Source: an uncultured delta proteobacterium
GTDB taxonomy: Bacteria; Myxococcota_A; Polyangia; Polyangiales; Polyangiaceae
Reading direction: 5' to 3'
DNA: 64,000 bases
Assembly: GCA_963806225.1 (NCBI GenBank)
Contig: CAWDXG010000004.1
Location: forward strand, 3,392,001 to 3,456,000
Both the position numbers and the translations under genes were made by a program. Of this stretch, positions 58,743 through 64,000 are shown in pieces. The notes under the pieces were generated by a model that saw only the letters and a list, made by a program, of their open reading frames with translations, searched no databases and was not told where the DNA came from. Position 1 is the stretch's first letter, and every line of letters starts with the position of its first letter.

Positions 58743-59481
58743 TCAGCGCGCTCGGAGCAGGCGATCGATGTGCTTCTTTTCCCAGGCGATCGCGCGCTCG
58801 TAGTGGCGGAACTCGCGCTCGCGCCGCAGGAACTCGGGGGTGTGCAGAAGCGTCCGCCCGCCCACGCGTACAGCCGGAATCACGTGGTGCAGAAGCTCGT
58901 GATAGACGATGTAGCTCACGAAGTAGCGGGGCACCCACTCGTTGTCGAGGCTCGGGTGCACCCGGACCAGTCGCTCGACGGCGCTGTAGCTGCCGAGCTT
59001 GATGGTCCGGCGCTTGTTGCCGCGCGGCCGGGTTCGGCGTCCCCAGGTGATGAGCACGTCCGTCACGTTCGAGCCGAAGTGCGACTCGTTCACGCGGCTC
59101 AGCACGTCGTATAGGTCGTGGACGCGCCCCTTGGTGCGGAGCGGCCCCGGGACCTGCCGCGACGCGCGGATGCGGAAGCTGTTCGCCTCGATGTACTCGC
59201 CGATGCGTCTGCGATGCCTGGCGGTCGGCGTGGACCACGTAGCGCACCAGGGCGTCCAGCACGCGGCCGGGAGCGTCGAGGAACATCATGTGCACGCGGA
59301 CCCGGAGCTTGCCGCGCACCCGCGTGTGGCTAACCATGCGGTGCCGGTTGTCCGTCACCGCGAGCTGCACCGCCCCGGAGAACGCGAGCTCGAAGCGGCG
59401 CTCGAGTGCCTGGCGCGCTCCTTCGTGGATGAAAATCTGCGGCCCGATCGCGATGCTCGCGAACTGCAGCGGCAGCTGCAT
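58743..59481 (-). CDS. SprT/YgjP-like zinc metalloprotease (frameshift near 59205)
   Basis: KLGSY, VHPSLD..WVP, VYHELLHH, HTPEF. Confidence 0.8.
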
Positions 59482-59843
59482 CAGGCGCGGATCGGGGATA
59501 CGGACGGCAGCGGAAGCGATGCGCGGTGCGGACTTCCCCGGTGGGTTGCGGCGGCCAGATTTTCCGGCCCGCGCCGCCAACCAGGGGAATGTCACTTGAG
59601 GCCGCATCGAACGTGTCTCTCGGGACTATGGGACGGGATCCAGCGCGTCAAGGAACCCCCAGGAGCGCCTATGATTTCCACAGCTTACGCGACAGGCCAA
59701 AGGTGGATTCCAGGACCTGCCCAAGTCCGCGTTCCGGCTTGGATTTCAGGTGCCGCGAGAGGTTTTAGCGGGCGGAAGTGGGGGTGGTTGTCCCCAGGTT
59801 GAGCCCAGATCCGGCCCGTCAGCACGTCCAGGACACACCGAGG

Positions 59844-59876
59844 TCAACCACAGGTTATGCACAGGTTATCCACAGG
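59844..59876 (+). promoter_or_regulatory. DnaA-box array
   Basis: TCAACCACA, TTATGCACA and TTATCCACA at 59844, 59855 and 59866 (11-bp period). Weaker boxes at 59674 and 59788. Confidence 0.7.
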
Positions 59877-59921
59877 CCCGCGCACAAGAGCGCATCCACG
59901 CCACGGCGGTCGCCTGCGGGC

Positions 59922-61043
<1,122 letters not shown>

Positions 61044-61122
61044 TGCTCCGCCTCTCCTGCGACTCGTCGCTAGCCTGGACCTACCGTTCGTTCAACGGTG
61101 TGCCAGCCAGCGCTGGAGAGGG

Positions 61123-61151
61123 AAAGTACTGTGCGGCTGTTCAGATGTCAA
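61123..61151 (-). promoter_or_regulatory. recA sigma70 promoter with a LexA box in the spacer
   Basis: TTGACA-N17-TACTTT on the minus strand. The spacer contains CTGTGCGGCTGTTCAG (61129-61144), close to the Myxococcus LexA consensus. Confidence 0.75.
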
Positions 61152-61222
61152 ATCCGGAGGGGACGTAATCTGACACAGCGAAACCCGCGGCTCTATCCAC
61201 GGGTTTCCGGGCGGGCGGGACG

Positions 61223-61432
61223 CTAGTTGAGGCTGTTGCCGCCAGCCAACTCCTGCACCACCGCCAGCTCCTCGAGCAGCGAGCGCAGTTCTTCCTGCAC
61301 CCAGCGCTGCAGCGTCTCGGCGGTGAGCTCGACAGCGCTATCGGCGCGGGCGGCGCGGGCGCGCAGTCGCTTCTCCAGCGAGGTCTGCAAGGCCTCGGCG
61401 TCGATCTCCACCACCTGGACTCCGGGTTCCAT
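61223..61432 (-). CDS. Small hypothetical protein
   Basis: 69-aa helical-looking ORF with GC3-biased codons. Confidence 0.5.
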   Translation of the reverse strand: MEPGVQVVEIDAEALQTSLEKRLRARAARADSAVELTAETLQRWVQEELRSLLEELAVVQELAGGNSLN

Positions 61433-61499
61433 GACCCTACGAACATAACCACGGCGCTGCGTCTGGGAAGCCCTCGGAGCTTTCGCGCATCGAGCGACG

Positions 61500-62759
61500 C
61501 TAGTCGAGGGGTTTCTCGGGCGGCGGCCGCATCGATTCGGCGTCGCTCACCTTGCGCACGGCGACGCGTTCGGCGCGGCGCGCAGTGGCCCTGAGCACGC
61601 TGAAACGATAGCCGTTCCAGTCGACCTCGTCGTTCGTGCGCGGCACGCGACCCAGCAGCTCGGCGACGAATCCGCCGAGCGTCACCAGCTCGACCTCCTC
61701 GTCGATGCCGAGCAGCTCGAACACTTTGCGGGTCTCCGCCCAGCCCCGGCACAGCAGGCTGTCGTCGGGGCGCCGTATTATGTACGGGTCCACGCGATCG
61801 CTCTCGTCCTCGATCTCGCCGACGATCTCCTCGAGCACGTCCTCCATCGTGACGATGCCCTGGATGCCGCCGTACTCGTCGACGACGATCGCCATGTGAC
61901 GGCGCTCTTCCTGGAAGGTGCGCAGAAGCCGCTCCAACGGGGTGGAAGACGGCACGAAGATGAGCGGGCCGAGCACCGATTTCCAGTCCAGCGGCTCCGG
62001 CGCCTCGCGCAGTCGGAACATCAGCTCCTTGACCAGCACGATGCCTTCCGCGGTGTCGAGATTCCCGTCGGGCGAGAAAGGAAAGCGGCTGTGCCCCGTA
62101 CGCTTGATGAGTGTGAGGTTCTCTTCCAGCGTCCGCTCGCCGGAGAGGAACGCCACGCCGTTGCGCGGAACCATGATGTCGTAGGCGGTCAGCTCGCGCA
62201 GCGCGGCAGCGCCCTCGATGATGTCGGCGGTCCGCGCCGCGACAACGCCTTCGGTGCGGCCTAGGCTGGCGAGCAGACGGATCTCCTCGATCGACGTCAC
62301 GGGGCGCTCCTGTCCGCGGCGCAACGCGCCCGAGATGCCGCGCGTGAGGAACAGGAGCGGCTTGAGCACGACCACCAGAAAGGAGACGAACAGCGCGACC
62401 GGCGCCGCGAGGCGTCCGGCGAAGGTCACTCCCATCGTCTTGGGAACGATCTCCGAGAGCAGCAGGATCGACAGCGTGAAGCCCAGCGTGAAGATCCAGA
62501 GCGTGGAAGGGTCGAAGACCCGGCCGTAGGTCGCGCCGGCGATCGCCGCGCCAATCGTGTTGGCAAACGTGTTCAGGATCAGGATCGCCGCGATGGGGAC
62601 GTCGATTTCCTTCTTGAACCGCCGCAGTGTCTCGCCCGCGCGGGACTTGCCGATCGCCTCGATCTCCGCGTGACTGACGCTCAAGAGCACCGCCTCGGAA
62701 GTCGAACACAGGAACGAGAAGACGAGCGCGAGCACGACGGCCAGGGAGAAGACCAGCAT
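61500..62759 (-). CDS. CNNM/HlyC-CorC family protein (DUF21-CBS-CorC)
   Basis: [29 protein letters not shown]...[17 protein letters not shown]. Confidence 0.93.
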   Translation of the reverse strand: MLVFSLAVVLALVFSFLCSTSEAVLLSVSHAEIEAIGKSRAGETLRRFKKEIDVPIAAILILNTFANTIGAAIAGATYGRVFDPSTLWIFTLGFTLSILLLSEIVPKTMGVTFAGRLAAPVALFVSFLVVVLKPLLFLTRGISGALRRGQERPVTSIEEIRLLASLGRTEGVVAARTADIIEGAAALRELTAYDIMVPRNGVAFLSGERTLEENLTLIKRTGHSRFPFSPDGNLDTAEGIVLVKELMFRLREAPEPLDWKSVLGPLIFVPSSTPLERLLRTFQEERRHMAIVVDEYGGIQGIVTMEDVLEEIVGEIEDESDRVDPYIIRRPDDSLLCRGWAETRKVFELLGIDEEVELVTLGGFVAELLGRVPRTNDEVDWNGYRFSVLRATARRAERVAVRKVSDAESMRPPPEKPLD

Positions 62760-62877
62760 CAGTTCCCGGATCCCGGACCGGTCACGGAGCGCACCTGGCG
62801 GACTTTCGGGCGTTCACCGCGTCGAGGGTAGCCCGAGCGCGCCGGCGAAGCACAGGCCCCGGCGTAGGCCCGCCGTT

Positions 62878-64000
62878 TCAGTACGGATTCTTGCGCGACA
62901 GGCCAAGCGCCGCGACGGGCTCGTCCTGCTCCGCTGCGGCCGCGTGGCGATCTCCCGGCGCTCTGCGGCCCCGGGACGACGACTTCGCCGCTGACCGGTG
63001 ATGGCGATGCTGGCGGATACCGAGGCCCCGGGCGGTAGCGCGTACCAGGTCGGTCTCCGGCTCGGCCTGCTCCGCCCGGACGGGCTCGCCGGACACCGGA
63101 GTCACCCGGGGCGCTCCGGGCGCGGCCGCTGCGGCTGCCGGCTCTGCCACGGCCGTCTCCGGCTCCTGGGGCGCTCGAGCCGCGACGCGAGGACCGAGCA
63201 GCGCGGCGCCGAGCGCCAGCCCGACGGCCGTGCCTGCGAGCGCGCTGCCGAGCGCGATCACCAGTCCTGGCGAGAGCCGGCGTCGCGCCGTGTGCCAGAG
63301 ACGCGCCCCCGGCGGCAGCATGCGCGGCGGAAGCTCCGCGTTGCCGGCGACACTGCGCCGGATGGCCTGCGCCGCACCCCGGCGCCGCCCGCGCGACGCA
63401 GCCAGCAGCAGCGCCATGGACTCGAGCTGCTCGGCCAGCTCGAGCGCGGTCTGGATACGCGCGGCGCGATCCTTGATCAGACACGTGTCGACAAGAGCCG
63501 CGAGCTCCGGCTCGAGCTCCGGCATCACGTCCGAGAGCGAACGATGCGGCCGGCCGACGATCTGCATCATCAGCGCGTTGTAGTTCCGGGCGATGAAGGG
63601 GTGTCGGCCGCACAGACACTCGTAGAGGAGCACGCCGAGCGACCACACGTCGGCACGGCAGTCGACCTTTTCCGCGCCCTGCGCCTGTTCCGGGCTCATG
63701 TAGGCGGGCGAGCCGAGCACGGCGCCGTCACCGGTCCGCACCCGTCCGTCGTACTGTGGACCCACGATCTTGCTGACGCCGAAGTCGAGAATCTTGGGCA
63801 CCTCGATCCGGCCGTCACCGCTCGTCGCGAAGAAGATGTTCGCGCTCGACAGGTCGCGGTGCACGATGCCCGTCTGGTGCGCACGGTGCAGCGCCCGCGC
63901 GATCCGCGCCAGGCTGGTGCACACCACGAACGGGTCGAGCCGGCCCTCGCGGCACAATCGCGCTTCCAGGCTCTCGCCCGACAGAAGCTCCATCACGAGA
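62878..64000 (-). CDS. Transmembrane Ser/Thr kinase (5' part outside the window)
   Basis: HRDLSSAN, DFG, GSPAYMSPEQ, TM, ends RKNPY. Confidence 0.9.
   Translation of the reverse strand, partial: LVMELLSGESLEARLCREGRLDPFVVCTSLARIARALHRAHQTGIVHRDLSSANIFFATSGDGRIEVPKILDFGVSKIVGPQYDGRVRTGDGAVLGSPAYMSPEQAQGAEKVDCRADVWSLGVLLYECLCGRHPFIARNYNALMMQIVGRPHRSLSDVMPELEPELAALVDTCLIKDRAARIQTALELAEQLESMALLLAASRGRRRGAAQAIRRSVAGNAELPPRMLPPGARLWHTARRRLSPGLVIALGSALAGTAVGLALGAALLGPRVAARAPQEPETAVAEPAAAAAAPGAPRVTPVSGEPVRAEQAEPETDLVRATARGLGIRQHRHHRSAAKSSSRGRRAPGDRHAAAAEQDEPVAALGLSRKNPY

Noticed and set aside
58700..58760. GCTCG-rich stretch between convergent genes (similar GC hairpins at 6438-6460 and 17671-17770)
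   Set aside because: Probably terminator or REP-like hairpins, but too low in complexity to support a specific call.
59600..59921. Calling this locus oriC
   Set aside because: No dnaA/dnaN, no visible unwinding element or DnaA-trios, and gene orientation is opposite to that expected; kept only as a DnaA-box array.

Overview
High-GC chromosomal segment from a Myxococcota bacterium, probably Polyangiaceae/Sorangium-like. The evidence is six Hanks-kinase-domain genes, PEGA/TPR, FHA and MYXO-CTERM-like proteins, and a myxobacterial-type LexA box at recA. Bases 1-3.9 kb are an accessory zone at the 3' end of a tRNA-Leu(TAG). It holds an integrase-less 2.4-kb islet bounded by a 53-bp duplication of the tRNA 3' half, with inverted arm-like repeats at both ends. 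Within and beyond the islet are fused gene fragments in which all three toxins are truncated and all three antitoxins are kept, plus an orphan IS66 TnpB-like gene. The rest looks like core genome: LysM-hydrolase, FGE-family protein, aguBA, a GT2/flippase/GT-C glycosylation cluster, a large TPR/HEAT protein, tsaD, TlpA, PilZ, FHA, TMTC-like transferase, SDR, a collapsed cysH, DnaQ-like exonuclease, DsbA, MinD-J-HTH, several kinases and pseudokinases, a kinase-TPR/PEGA-Cys-rich/Kelch lipoprotein-DUF58-vWA run, SurA, a pseudokinase-2xDsbA fusion, an FN3/beta-barrel pair, an SprT-like protease, a DnaA-box array, recA and a CNNM/CorC protein. Single-base frameshifts cluster at about 4-7.5, 19-22.6 and 28-30.6 kb and probably reflect unpolished long-read sequence. 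All family calls come from reading motifs by eye; no database searches were run.
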